Below are positions 13,243-31,481 of a DNA stretch of 64,000 bases, one piece after another. The DNA lies in NCBI RefSeq assembly GCF_000150275.1, contig NW_002060948.1, positions 5,892,411-5,956,410 on the forward strand, in the 5' to 3' direction. The notes beneath the pieces are model-generated. The model was given only the letters and a program-made list of their open reading frames with translations, had not been told where the DNA came from and did no database searches. The translations under genes and the position numbers were made by a program. Position 1 is the stretch's first letter, and every line of letters begins with the position of its first letter. Source of the stretch: Trichoplax adhaerens (lineage: Eukaryota > Animalia > Placozoa).

Positions 13243-15283
13243 ATGATTCGAAAGATAAAATTGCGAGCAAAGCAGAAACTGGTCGACAAAGCCAATTCGG
13301 TATGGGATAGAAATGCAAATATCAATGACTGCTTGCATTAGTTATCATTTGATGCGATGATAGGCGGAAGTACAAACTAGATTAAGTGCCTAGGCGACGG
13401 AATCGAAACTGTTGATCTTTGTAATCTGTCTCTGCTTTCGGTAGTTAATTGATAAAAGACACTCAAGTTGCCAGCTTTTCACAAAATATTTTTGTGGTGT
13501 CAGTCATCTTTTCAAAATTATAACTTGAATCAAGGGTGAAAAGATAACAATTTTGTTCTTATCCATATTGAAATGGAGATTGTAGATCAGTTGAATGCAT
13601 TCCCCGAAGTAAAGTCTTTCTTGAATAATGGGTAATAAGATATTAATATTACAGTTATTATACATACTACTACAAGTTTAGGAAATAAATGCTCAATCCA
13701 AAAATAATCCGCCTAAATTAGAGATCGATAAGCGTATACATCCTGCTAACTTATACGTAATTGTGAGAATGGTTGGACTCATGGTATATCTGAATAAATT
13801 GCATCTTTCAAACTTTAGATTTCAAGCGTCTATTGAATGCAAGAAAGTACCTGTTATAGACAGTCATGATCTTGAATGGGCCTTTAACTTAACAAAGCAA
13901 AATATGCAATCCATGTAGGTATACAAATTTGTAGTTTTCACTCTCAAAGAGTGACATAAATTTGTGATATAATTTGATTATCATGAATTGTTTATGCATA
14001 CACTTATATTTATACTTAATTGTTAAAATATTGTAAAGGATACTGTTAACTGCAATGATAAAAGGAGTCGTAGATAGCTTAATTCTTCTATGGTATAATT
14101 CTCGCAATCATGCAGACTTTTATTCATCTTTCGTCTATTTATTGCGGATATATGATATGTTTAACATCAAAAATTAGGTATATTACCAGTGAATGGGGCT
14201 GGGATGATAAAGAAAAAAAGGAAGAAATGTTTGACAAGAAAGGATGGTGGGTAATAAACAATAATAAATATGTACTCGTTTAGTAATGGTCTCATTGTAG
14301 CGATTAGTACGTTTTATGCTTGTAAAAGTAGCCATCCATATAAGATACCTTGCAAGAGAAATATTGTAGACAGTCGCTACTTTCACCTTGCAGGTATCTC
14401 ATCGCCCGTAATGATCAAAATATTCCAATAGGAATGGTTAGCTTTAGATTTGATATAGAAGAAGGAGATGCTGTCGTTTATTGGTATGTAGTAGTCAATA
14501 TTTTGAAAACTATAATGTATATATATATGTAGATTGCTGTTGGGCACTACTTACTTGTACCTGTATTAAGACTACATTTTTAAAAATTTGCATTGTCAAT
14601 TAGCTATGAAATTCAGCTTTCGCAAAGTATTAGAGGCAAAGGGTTAGGAAAATATTTAATGAATATTCTGAAATTATTGGGAACTAGGTATGAGGAACGC
14701 TATAATTGCAATGTGAATTCATTTAAAAGTAATTACCAGGGACGTTAGTAATAACATAGTTGCTTTTACAAGAATGCTTGAATAGCTAAAACATTTATTA
14801 TTAATGTAAATTTTTCTATTTCTACAATGTATAGATCAAAAATGGATAAAGTAATGCTAACCGTATTCAAACGTAAGTACAGTATAATGCTGAACTTAGC
14901 GTTATAAGTTTGAAGATGTCCATCATGAAGTTACTGCAAAACGGTATTATTAATTTAGTACAACATCAATTCTACTGTTGAAATATAGATAATGAGAGAG
15001 CATATCATTTTTTTACCAACGTTGTGGGGTAAGATATGATATTACGTTTAGCAGCTTGAAATTGAGTAAATGCTTTATTCGGAATCATCATGAAAGGCTA
15101 CATTTTGCTTAATGTTTCTATACTCATTGCTGAGAGTAGGATGATCAAAGCGTAATACTAGTGCTAATTTTACATTTCCACAGTTTTCAGATTGATGAAA
15201 TATCTCCAAGTAGATGCGATCCAGATAACGACGATAACTACTGCTATGAGATATTAAGCATTAACCTTACGGACGCAAAGTGA
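13243..15283 (+). CDS. NAA40: N-alpha-acetyltransferase 40 (NatD, histone H4/H2A N-terminal acetyltransferase), 9 exons
   Basis: Spliced product has SIECK, WAFNLTKQNMQSMY, SEWGWDDKEKKEEM, WYLIA, FRFDIEEGDAVVYCYEIQL, RGKGLGKYLM, KVMLTVFK, FQIDEISP and YEILS; TGA at 15281-15283. An extra upstream exon is not excluded. Confidence 0.93.
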
Positions 15284-15959
15284 CTAAAAGTAAAGTTATG
15301 AAGAATTTTAACATTTTTAAAATTATCCTACAGTATTTGAATGTATGTATTCATTTTTTAAAGTTGATTGCGTGTAATTAATGCTGTTAAGGAAATTAAA
15401 ATTTCGGCATCAGGCGAACACCACGTCGAGGTCTAGTAATTCTTAAGCATGTGTGTTTTGTGTAATTTGTTCAACAGCCGATTAACTCGCCAAAGTATTT
15501 AGCCACGTGAGTATTATGCAACAGTTAGGGAAAGCTAGCAATTTAGTAAGGTGATCAATCACTGGGATTAAGTATCTTGGTAATTTCCGTTTATTAAAAT
15601 TAGCATGACATGGAGTAGCTGGTGATCAACCTTTACCAGCAAATCTATTCAGGAAAGAACCGCTAAATTCTTGAATATACAACATTTTATTCATCTAGTA
15701 ATACAGTAGAGATATCAAATGGCTTGGGTATAGGTAACATTCACATGAGCAAACATGCATCAATTTTGCCATTAATTCGTAATAATTTAATAAGAAAGGA
15801 GAACTATAAAAGCATTTTTCTACAGCTTTTTAAATCGGTGTATAAAGATTGTACAGGTAATTCCATATTTATAACTTAGGCGTGATACAGAATGATTTCC
15901 AATGACTAAAATTGAACTTTACTAAACTTAGCCTTAATATAAAAGGATGTCTGGGTTAT

Positions 15960-17143
15960 TTAAGCTTCTCCATCTTCTTCGTCGATTTCACGCACATATA
16001 AAACATTATTACATCTAGAAAATAGATGCAAATACAATATTAAGACAAAAAATCCAAGGTTATCCAGTTGAACCGTATGATAACTCTATATATCGGCGTA
16101 ATAACACAAACCTGATCAAAACCTCGCCCAAGTTGCCTGTAAGTGCTCCTTCCACATACTCTTCTGTATTTGCCAACTAAGCATATCGCGTAAATATAGA
16201 TTAATTTACTAATCATCCAATTCAATTTACATTTCTACGTATAACCTTAACTTATGTTCTAAGAAAATTTAAGTTCACCAAATACCTGTAAATTCATGTA
16301 ATTATCTACAGAAACCAGGAAGCCTTTATAATCCATACCCCATTTCAATTTGACTAGTACTGGCTTGCCAGTAAGACCATTTAAGAAGGGTTTAGGATTA
16401 ATAGGAACGGTCTACAATCATTCAGAAAATAACCTTGCATCAAGTTCGTCAATCAATACTTTTCTTACTCTTTATCAAAGCATAACCTGTCATCTAGCAA
16501 GCTGACTGATGACTCAAATTCTAAGCATCCAATGATGACACTAATAAAATGTATGACCGCTTTTAGTGTACTGCATGTTATTAGATTCGAAAGCCTCTTC
16601 ACTACAAGAGTATAATATTGTAGAGATTGAATTAACTGACATTGCAAATTATGGCCATTGCATAGCAGAACTATACCTTCAACACTGATCTACAGTTTAT
16701 ACAGCAACAATAAAATAATCTATTTAAATCATAGTGCAGCATCTATCAAGACTCTAGAATCATTTTAGGTAAATTTAAAGAGGTTTTTATCTCCGTTGCA
16801 ATGTCATAGAGCCTCATTATTGGAGAAAGCCGACGAAATGTTCTCAATTCAAAGCATCGAAATCATGCTTACTGTGTACGATCGGTGTAGTGCTTATACA
16901 CTACTTAGGCTATGGTACAAAATAGCATAACAAATTGCACAAGAAACGCTGGACAAGGACGCGCGTGCTGAATCGAAATTTGCAAACCTTGAACGCGTAT
17001 GAGCATTCCATTTTTGAACTATTTTACCATTTCGATTACAATTATTTTACATTTAGACAATTTAAGAACGATTTATATATATCATACGGTAAATACATCA
17101 ATTAAAAGCAAAAGGAAACGGCTTGCAAATGACTTACCGCCAT
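15960..17143 (-). CDS. SNRPF: Small nuclear ribonucleoprotein F (SmF), 4 exons
   Basis: ATGGCG micro-exon 17143-17138, then 16411-16286, 16176-16112 and a last exon to TAA at 15960: [83 protein letters not shown]. Confidence 0.97.
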
Positions 17144-17221
17144 GAGGAATCTCCAGACTGTATAGTAGTAGAGTGCTTAAAAAAAAACGCTGCTTTACCA
17201 CAGTACAATCTAGGGACTAAC

Positions 17222-17370
17222 CGTACAGTACAGTACTGTACACTGTACGGTATCCTACTGTACAGTACAGCATACTGTACTGTACTGTACGGTATCCTAC
17301 TGTACAGTACAGTACAGTACTGTACACGGAAGTGTACAATATACTGTAGTACTGTACACTAAGTACTGTA
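17222..17370. repeat. (TACAG)/(TACTG) mixed-orientation pentamer tract
   Basis: Degenerate ACAGT/ACTGT repeats just upstream of SNRPF; a weaker tract at ~17721-17885. Confidence 0.85.
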
Positions 17371-18828
17371 TGCACAGAACTAGAAGGAGACCCGGACTGG
17401 ATTGATCACCCCCTCAGACAGACGGACTTTCTGACCAAATGATGCTGTCAATATCGAAAAGTGGTTGCTTAGTATGGAGCTTTCGTGTCTATTTTCGAAA
17501 TCACTGGTACTAATTTAAATAACATCTGCGATCTTATATAACTGTTTCCAAGCTGAGATTAGTAATAGATAATAAAATTCAATGCAATATTACTTCATTT
17601 AGAAAAAAATCAGTCAATTGAAAATCGATTGTCCTCATACTAAAGTAATGTCATGATGAGGTGTTTGGCACAATATTTTAACGAGATGCAAACGTGTCTG
17701 TCCGTCCAAGAGTGATTCGAGTAGTACAGTATTATGTACACTGTACACTGTACAGTACTGTAACTGTAACGTTCAACACGCGTCAGTCTGGTACAAACGT
17801 ACGCCACAGTATAGTACAATGGTTTAGTAGTACAGTATACTGTATTACAAAAGCATTTACTGTTCCATACTGTACTGTAGTGTAGTGGGCTGTATTCCGA
17901 GACGGTAGTGACTCATACACTGCATCTGAGAAGAGCTCTTCTTCAGACTGGATGCTTCTGTGCAAAAATAATGTCCCCTCTGTTTGTCCTAGCATGAGGA
18001 AATTTTATCCTGTACTGAGTCAATCTGCTTTCTTGACTTTATCGACATCACTTGAATGCAGTGGGTATAGTAACAATTCAATTGCTACAGGTGACATCAG
18101 TTTCTATCACAGTCGATGCCAACAGATAGAATGAATCAAGAAAGCAATGGGTTAACCATTTTCCTCCTGCAGGCCAGTAGACACGGCCATCTTCACTGAA
18201 TACAGTAATATGCATTTTAGATGCCTGCTATGCGTTGCACAGTGCGGATGTTGACTGAAGTCTAATCAGCGCATTCGTGCTTTGAAAGATTCGATAACGC
18301 TAGTACACCATCATTGCTCACTGCACAGCTGAAGCGGATCAAAGCAGTATCTTTAGGTTTCTTAGGAAATGACTGCAGCTCACAATGCTTTTAGACTTCT
18401 ATTACAGTATGATAGACTAAGGTGTTGTTGTACTATTCTACCAAAGTGTTTACCAATATTGATTTGCCTTTGATGCTCCTGCAGTCGTCGTGCATCATTA
18501 CGATTAATCGGTTTGCTAACCAACCGAGGTGTTGGGGATTTGCAATGATAGAATGACAAATTCTGCACGTACAATATAGTACTTATACAGTATATTGACA
18601 TCCTGTCTTTCGTACTGTACTCTGCACCACAGTACACTACTCAATTCAATTTCAGGGTGTTATAAAGCGATCAAAAGCAAAAATAGCCTTGTTGAAAGTA
18701 CAGAATATATCAACACTTTCACCATAGTCTTGAGTAACAAGGTACAGTAGACTATCCCATGCCATACTTAAAGAGCCCATAGCGATCTATAGAGCTGCCG
18801 ACGGATAAATCGTTCAACGAGCAAAATA

Positions 18829-18881
18829 GTCACATGTCCTCTTCGGAAGAAAACAATTGGTCGACTGGATCCTTTAAATAG
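18829..18881 (+). promoter_or_regulatory. Putative Pol II promoter of the telomerase RNA candidate
   Basis: E-box-like CACATG 18831-18836, ETS-like CGGAAG 18844-18849, inverted CCAAT (ATTGG) 18856-18860, TATA-like TTTAAATAG 18873-18881. Confidence 0.45.
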
Positions 18882-18889
18882 GGTGACGA

Positions 18890-19310
18890 CGACGACGACC
18901 AAGTTGGTCTTCCACTGCTGCCGGTGGAACTTGCAAACTTATCATCAGGATGCAGAGTTGCTCTGGCAGCTCCTAACCCTAACATTAGCAGGGTTAGCCA
19001 ATTCTGGTTTGTGTTTTTTTAAGCTAGTTTTTGTCACATTAAATACATAAAACTAGTGAGGAAAGACCGTCGTCGATGTGCTGGCTTGAAGCGGTTTTGC
19101 AAGCGCTTGGTCGATCGATTTCAAGTTATACGAGGCTAATCAGCGTACAACAAGTTCCGTAAGCAATCTTCTGATCGACTTACACGTTCTTGTTAAGGAG
19201 TTCGCTCCGACTATGATTGCTGATTAGCTGGAAGGTTGCGAGCCGTTCAGCACGTTGCGAGATAATAACTGGAGGCATTGCGTTTGGCTTAGCTTTTGGA
19301 GTCTACAAAG
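18890..19310 (+). ncRNA. TERC: Telomerase RNA (TR/TERC) candidate, ~410-430 nt, H/ACA type
   Basis: Template CCTAACCCTAAC 18972-18983. Boundary hairpin 18917-18924/18963-18970. Pseudoknot: TGTG 19010-13/CACA 19035-38, U7 loop, CTAGTTTTTGT 19024-34/ACA-T-AAAACTAG 19045-56. P1 18906-13/19060-68. P4 19074-84/19247-57. P5 19134-44/19219-29. P6 19149-54/19189-94. P6.1 GGAG-TTCG-CTCC 19197-19208. Box H AGATAA 19260-65; ACA 19305-07 plus 3 nt. 5' end uncertain (18881-18905). Confidence 0.9.
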
Positions 19311-20508
19311 TTGAGCAGCAATGATGTCTTCCAACAAACCAAATTATTAGCTGTAACTTTGCTGAATTGTAGTTGCTACTCTTTCATGCAGTAGCAATGT
19401 CAATCCAGGGATTGACTACAAGGACGAATGGGCCAAGATCTTTTTCATTTAGTAAGTTTGTATGCTTCTGTGGTTGTGTTGTTAATTCTTTGCACCCAAG
19501 TATTTAGCATGGATTAATGATTGACTATTAATCGTGAACTGTTTCTGTTCTAGAGGAGTGCCTAGTTTGCAATCAACATGCTGCATAATGGTTAATACTG
19601 GATAGAACAAGTCAAAAATTTCTTCCGGACAAGTAATGGAATAAAATTACTACTGCCATGTGTAAATTTAAAAAATATGCGTCTTTCGATAAACGCTCGA
19701 TTTATGCCACTGAGTTGAATTTGTTTGTATGTCTATAACGTTTTCTCTTTAGTAGTACCTGTCTATAATGTCAGGACTAAAGACTTTCCCATTGGAATAG
19801 ATCGATACTCGGCGATCCCCTTCGATCCGATTGGAATAGTAACTGATGAGGTTTTATAATATTTTTGCAGTATCAGCTTTGTTTTACGTTTGAAAAATTG
19901 ATAATGTGTAACGGTTGGAAGGTGATCAATTGACAGGGATTTTGCATGCATTCAGTGTAGCAATACTGAAATTTACAGTTCATTCACGGTGTAAAATTCC
20001 ATAATGCGATGTAGCAAAGTGCTAAATAGTGCTATGCAATGATTAAATTTGTAAAGTATCCTTAGTTTAACCTTTGCTAGGCGACAGACTACTGTACATT
20101 GTACAAGCGCAAAAACGATCGCCTTAGGTTTTATTATTTTGCCATCGAAACAAGGTGGTTTAGTATTTCTTATGTCGAAATTTATAACAAGCAGTATTTA
20201 GTGCATAACCATCAAAGAGCTGGACATTATGGTTTCTGCGTGGTAATGAGCAGTCAGAGACTGCACGAAAAAAATGAGGTATGCAGCAGAGTATGACTGC
20301 CACGGGCTCCCATTTCATATTCTGGTATGCAGTGGCAGTAATGGAAAGAACTGCAACAGCTTTTATTATATTTCAAAAGTGCCTGTTTACGGTTCCGTTA
20401 ACAAACGTACACTATGTACAATAATGCACCATGGATGGACCTGTTAAAATCTTTTTTATTTGCAAATAAAAATTTAGCCTTCAGAAATAACTTAATTGAA
20501 AATATCTA

Positions 20509-26773
<6,265 letters not shown>

Positions 26774-27730
26774 ACTGCATTGCAGGTGGTTCTTGATGAG
26801 CTTGCTATCCGTTGAAAGATAGTATACTATCATAGACTAGAGTGTAATTGCATAGTAAATGCCCTTTGTCCATTACGGATTTCTATACAAGTAGCCATGA
26901 GCAAGTGGGAACGGATCGCTTCCTCGATACCGTACTGGCTATCAAACTGCAACCTTTACAATTCATGACGGTATGCTATACTGTATGCTGTACAATATGA
27001 CCTATATTATACACAATATAGCACACTCTTATAGGCGTAGTGTTTGTTGGTTACCGTTACTACCGAGGATCCACATAGCTCGGCTATGGCCATTCGTTGC
27101 TCGAAGCAGCCTCCGCTCGGAAAGAGGTCTAAATTAACCTATGTAGATATCCTGTAAACGATTTATTGACCTAGCAAAGAAGATATTAGGTAGTTGAATA
27201 AGATTATCACGTTCTGCAGCACTTTCTGTACAAGTGGTTACTTCCTCGCGATCATTTTAGACTCTAAAGTTGGCAAAATCAACGGAAATACAAGAAAAAT
27301 AAATACAATAAGGTAGCTAGCTGTTGCAGCCATGCAATGTTTTGTAGTACTATATTTGCAACGCAAACTATTCGCACATTACATATTACATTGCACATCT
27401 TATTAGAAAAGAAAGAATTGCGACGTTGCATCCTTAGACTGAGCTAATAACGACTAAATTATAGCATAAAGTGATGTATGAATTACTGTAAAATCAATAG
27501 CAATACCTTATGTAATCGAAATCTACAGACTACAACTCAATCTAAAAACGGATTGCTGAATTTATTTAAGATGCAAACAAAAATCAAGCTGCATTCGTCG
27601 CCATAATTGGTTTTAATCTTTGGCGTTAGCTATCGAAACTTATTTCTATGGGGTATTGTTACGTCCTGAAAAATTAATATTGGCAAAGCTTTCATTTATA
27701 TCAAAAAGGATAAAGTAGTTGACCGTAATC

Positions 27731-30652
27731 ATGGCTCAAATTAAACATGCCATCGAATCATTGTGTACCGTACTCAATTTTAATCGTCAATGCGCTATCC
27801 AAGCTGAATCATTCAGACAAGCAAAATTCGACCGACATGAGCAGGTTAGTGCTCTTAAGATTTTTTTACTTTATTGATAAATAGGATTCCAGTAAATTGA
27901 TTAATATAAGCTATGACCGGTGTTTGCCGCCTCTCAGACAAGGACATTCTGGCTTCTACTATTTGATTCGATATGTTACAGCAAGTACCTGCAAGTTATG
28001 CCAGAAGCTCATTTATCAGATGGTATATAATACAATCGTACAACTCATAGAACGTCCGATAATTATAATTTATCCACTTGCTTACTAATTGTAGATGTAA
28101 TCAATTATAACCTACTTTTCATCAACTTCTGTATTCGCCTACACTCTAAATTTTTTAATTATCGTTTTCTAAAATCGACATTTTAATACGATATTACGAG
28201 TATTAATAAACATGACTAGTATTAACTATGTAGCTAATTAGTCTACTGTAGTTCCATATTCTATTGCTCAATGTTAGATACTATTTACAAATTTAGTTTT
28301 GAGTTGTTACAAACTCGATTTAACAGTATCATCAAATCTACTCGAATACCCTAATACAAAGAATATAACTTTCTAGACGTAACATTAAAATATTTCTATG
28401 ATTTGTAATTTTTATAGTAACTTTGAACCTTTTTGAATGTAAACACTTTTTACCCATTTCAGAACAGATTGTTGTATATGTAAAGCACTACTTATATAGC
28501 TTTGGATATGGAGTTGCAAGCTTCTATCAATTGCCAAATAATATGAGCTATGGGAGTCGGTACGTAAATAATAAATTTACATTGATACTAGTGTGACTAT
28601 GTTCAGTAGGGAAATATTGTCGATCTTGTCTTAAAATATAAGCATTATCTTATTTTTGTTATCTCTGTTACATTCTCATATGCCTACATATACTCTATTA
28701 GAGAATTGCTACTAGCCTTCTCTTGGTTACTGGCAAAACGAAATATCATTGAGAGCTACATCCATAATATTGAGGATATTTTGTCTATTAGAGTTATCGA
28801 TGAGGTATACCTAACGCGTGTAAATGACAAATAAGTGTAAATGGAGCTTCAAAAATAATTTGTAAAATTTGGACAGCAACGTATTTATCCAAGGTTACAG
28901 ATATGATATTATAGATTAAAGCTATGTTTCAAAATGAGATCTATTAATCTTAATAGAAGGGCTGCTTACAGGAGAAATCATCCGATAAAAATTCTTCAAG
29001 AGTCGAATATCCAACGCTATCAGTCGACAATGACAGCGATAATGTAAAATAAATGTTTATTTAAAGATTCAACTCCTATTGCATTTTCTATCATGGCTCC
29101 ATACTGTACGCTTAAAACTTTAAATAATCCATTTCAAGATTATCGATCGTGCAAAGAATCTGCTTTGGCAGTATGGGAGGCTAAATCATAAATTAAAGAC
29201 CTTACTAAGTAGTGAGAAAGAACAAATTCGTATCATGCATAAGGTAATTTATTAAGAGTATCTCCTATTTTCGTTGGCAATATTCACTAATCTAATATTT
29301 GGATTTATAAGGAAGGTTTGCTTTAAAACATAGCTAATACAGCATAATTCTACAATAGCTTCACATTGGTACGTGGGATACTCAATCTGCTGTGCTGCCT
29401 GATTGTAGCCATTTATCCAGTCTAGAGTGCTATTTATTAGCAAATCCAAAGGATTTTCAAAAGGTTTGATAGTGACAAGTTACCGATCAGTTGTATTGTT
29501 AGGACCTTACAAGTTGTAACCCTCTAGGAAGTTATAAGTTTTAATTTTGGAGGATACATTTCAAAAAAATCTATTCGTTTACCTGATTTATAATTCCTCT
29601 AGTTTTAGCGTAATGCCTTTGGTCTTAAAGTCAGTTTTTAATGATATTGCGATAGTAGTATGTCTGTCTAATTCGAGATCTATCTCTATAGTTACAGGGA
29701 TTACTCGATCAGAGGATAACTTATCTATCTGCATTGGCAAGTTGGATAGGGGAAAAAGATTTATTTTGGAAATGGATGGTAAGATTACCGCTCTAAAATC
29801 CTTAAACAGGATTGCTACGATTAATTTGCTTGTTTTTAATTGGTTATAGGAAAGTGTACTTGAAGAGAAATTCAAAGATTCATCAACTAATGATCTCAGT
29901 GAGGTCAAAAAGCCACAGAAAGAATCCACGTATCCTTAAATACTGTTGATGTTTTACATAAATTAATTTATTGAATCTACTTGCATTATCTAAGTGCTCA
30001 TTACGTAATGGTATAGGAAAGAATCACAATTAACAGATTCGATCGCTGTTGCATAAACCTGGCTGCTGTTATCTTTAACCAAATTTTCTATCAAAATCAG
30101 TATTACGAAAGATTTAGTAGCTATTAACAAATTATTATTGGAAAAGATTGAAAACAATACCCAATATTTGAGTAGAATTTCCGTTTCAGACGATCCGGAA
30201 AAATCTTCTAGATACGCTCAATTACGATCAGCGATGGCATCTCGCTACTGTCAATCAACTAATCAAATGAAAGGTAACCGAAAGCCATACTTGAATATTG
30301 TGCGATGTTAATTTCAGTAGTTGTGCGTTTATTCTCATTTGCGTGGATTTTAATGAACTACCCTCAATATTTTATTCTACCATGAGTAGTGCATTCCGAT
30401 GTAAATAAGCAAGCAAATCAATATATATTAATCAAGAAATCTCAAAAGAACGTGAACCATTTGAGTAATCCTGAGGAAACTATGAAGTATCCTATTGCTG
30501 ATGTAATAGAACAATTGAATGAAGCTACTAACCAATTAAAAACGAATTTAATGATAGCTAGAGAAAAATATAAAATTTTAATGGATGACCTGTTAAGTAA
30601 TTCTACTGGTATCTTACGATTAGATCAAGCTAGAAGTAAGAGAAAACTATAA
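27731..30652 (+). CDS. TEDC1: Tubulin epsilon and delta complex protein 1 (C14orf80-like), multi-exon
   Basis: Exons encode ESFRQAKFDR, FWLLLF, LYSFGY..FYQLPNNMSYGSRELLLAFSWLLA, LLWQYGRL, SHLSSLECYLL and LASW..DLFWKWMESVLE, colinear with vertebrate TEDC1 as I recall it; stop at 30650-30652. Confidence 0.85.
29930..30100 (+). other. U12-type (minor spliceosome) GT-AG intron in TEDC1
   Basis: 5' splice site GTATCCTT 29930-29937; branch-like TCTTTAAC 30072-30079 about 20 nt before AG 30099-30100; splicing keeps the frame. Confidence 0.7.
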
Positions 30653-30770
30653 TGTCATCATATAGCTACAAATTTTTATAATATCAAGATACTTGATGAC
30701 GATAAATTTATTGAAGGAGGAATGATTATCAAGGATAAATCCACCTACTGTNNATATGTAACTAATTTNA

Positions 30771-30820
30771 NNNNNNNNNNNNNNNNNNNNNNNNNNNNNN
30801 NNNNNNNNNNNNNNNNNNNN
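30771..30820. other. Assembly gap (50 N)
   Basis: N run, with scattered Ns just before it. Confidence 1.
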
Positions 30821-31481
30821 CATCTCTTTATTCGCGCTTTTTCACGCTACTTTCAATGTCTAATTTCTTCCTACTCATTCTGATTCTTTACCATTTAAAG
30901 GCTAACTACTATACGATGAGATACTTTTTGGCTGATTTAGTTAGTCAGCCAGTCAATGTTGTTAGAGTTATAATATTAAAATCATTCGAAAACAGAGTCT
31001 TAAGAATAGTCTCAAAGAAGGAATCCAGTAGCGAATACAAGTCGTATATTTTGCAAAGAATGGCCAATGAATTGAATTCTACAACATGGTGTAATTCAAT
31101 GCGGGCGTATCCATCACTCCCTCAGTTTATTCTATCGAAAAAATACGCGCAATCCTTCAGTGTGTGCCACCCAAATTCGATTGGATTGGACAAGGTATAA
31201 TTTCTAGCCTGGAGCATCTTATCCAATGTAGTCCATTGGATAAGATACAGAAATGGAAAAAATTCGGATTATCCTAAAGCTTGATGAACTCCAGTGAAAA
31301 TTTCTTTGACACGAAGAGAGTAAAACTGCATGTAGTGTACTGTAGACTCGTACAGTACGTTGGTACGGACAGTGAAATAAATGATAAGGTAGTCCAGTAT
31401 AGAGATTTATATTGACCGTGTCCGTTAAATAGGAACTTTCTTCTTCAGTCTTGGGTGAACGAGGAGGGTACGGTACAGTAC

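Noticed and set aside
18972-18997. CTAACCCTAA / GGGTTAG as an interstitial telomeric repeat
   Set aside because: Only two units, embedded in a full set of TR structural elements; better explained as a template.
20250-20360. Hairpins GCAGTCA/TGACTGC and ACTGCCAC/GTGGCAGT as a snoRNA or SECIS
   Set aside because: The stems overlap and are mutually exclusive, and there are no correctly placed H/ACA, C/D or SECIS motifs.
26914-27135. ATCGCTTC start and small hairpins in the IARS2-TEDC1 bidirectional promoter as a U2-like snRNA
   Set aside because: Similarity stops after 8 nt; no branch-pairing sequence or Sm site.
29252-29929. Minus-strand ORFs of 65 and 113 aa as a nested gene
   Set aside because: They are antisense to TEDC1 exons, which splice cleanly on the + strand.
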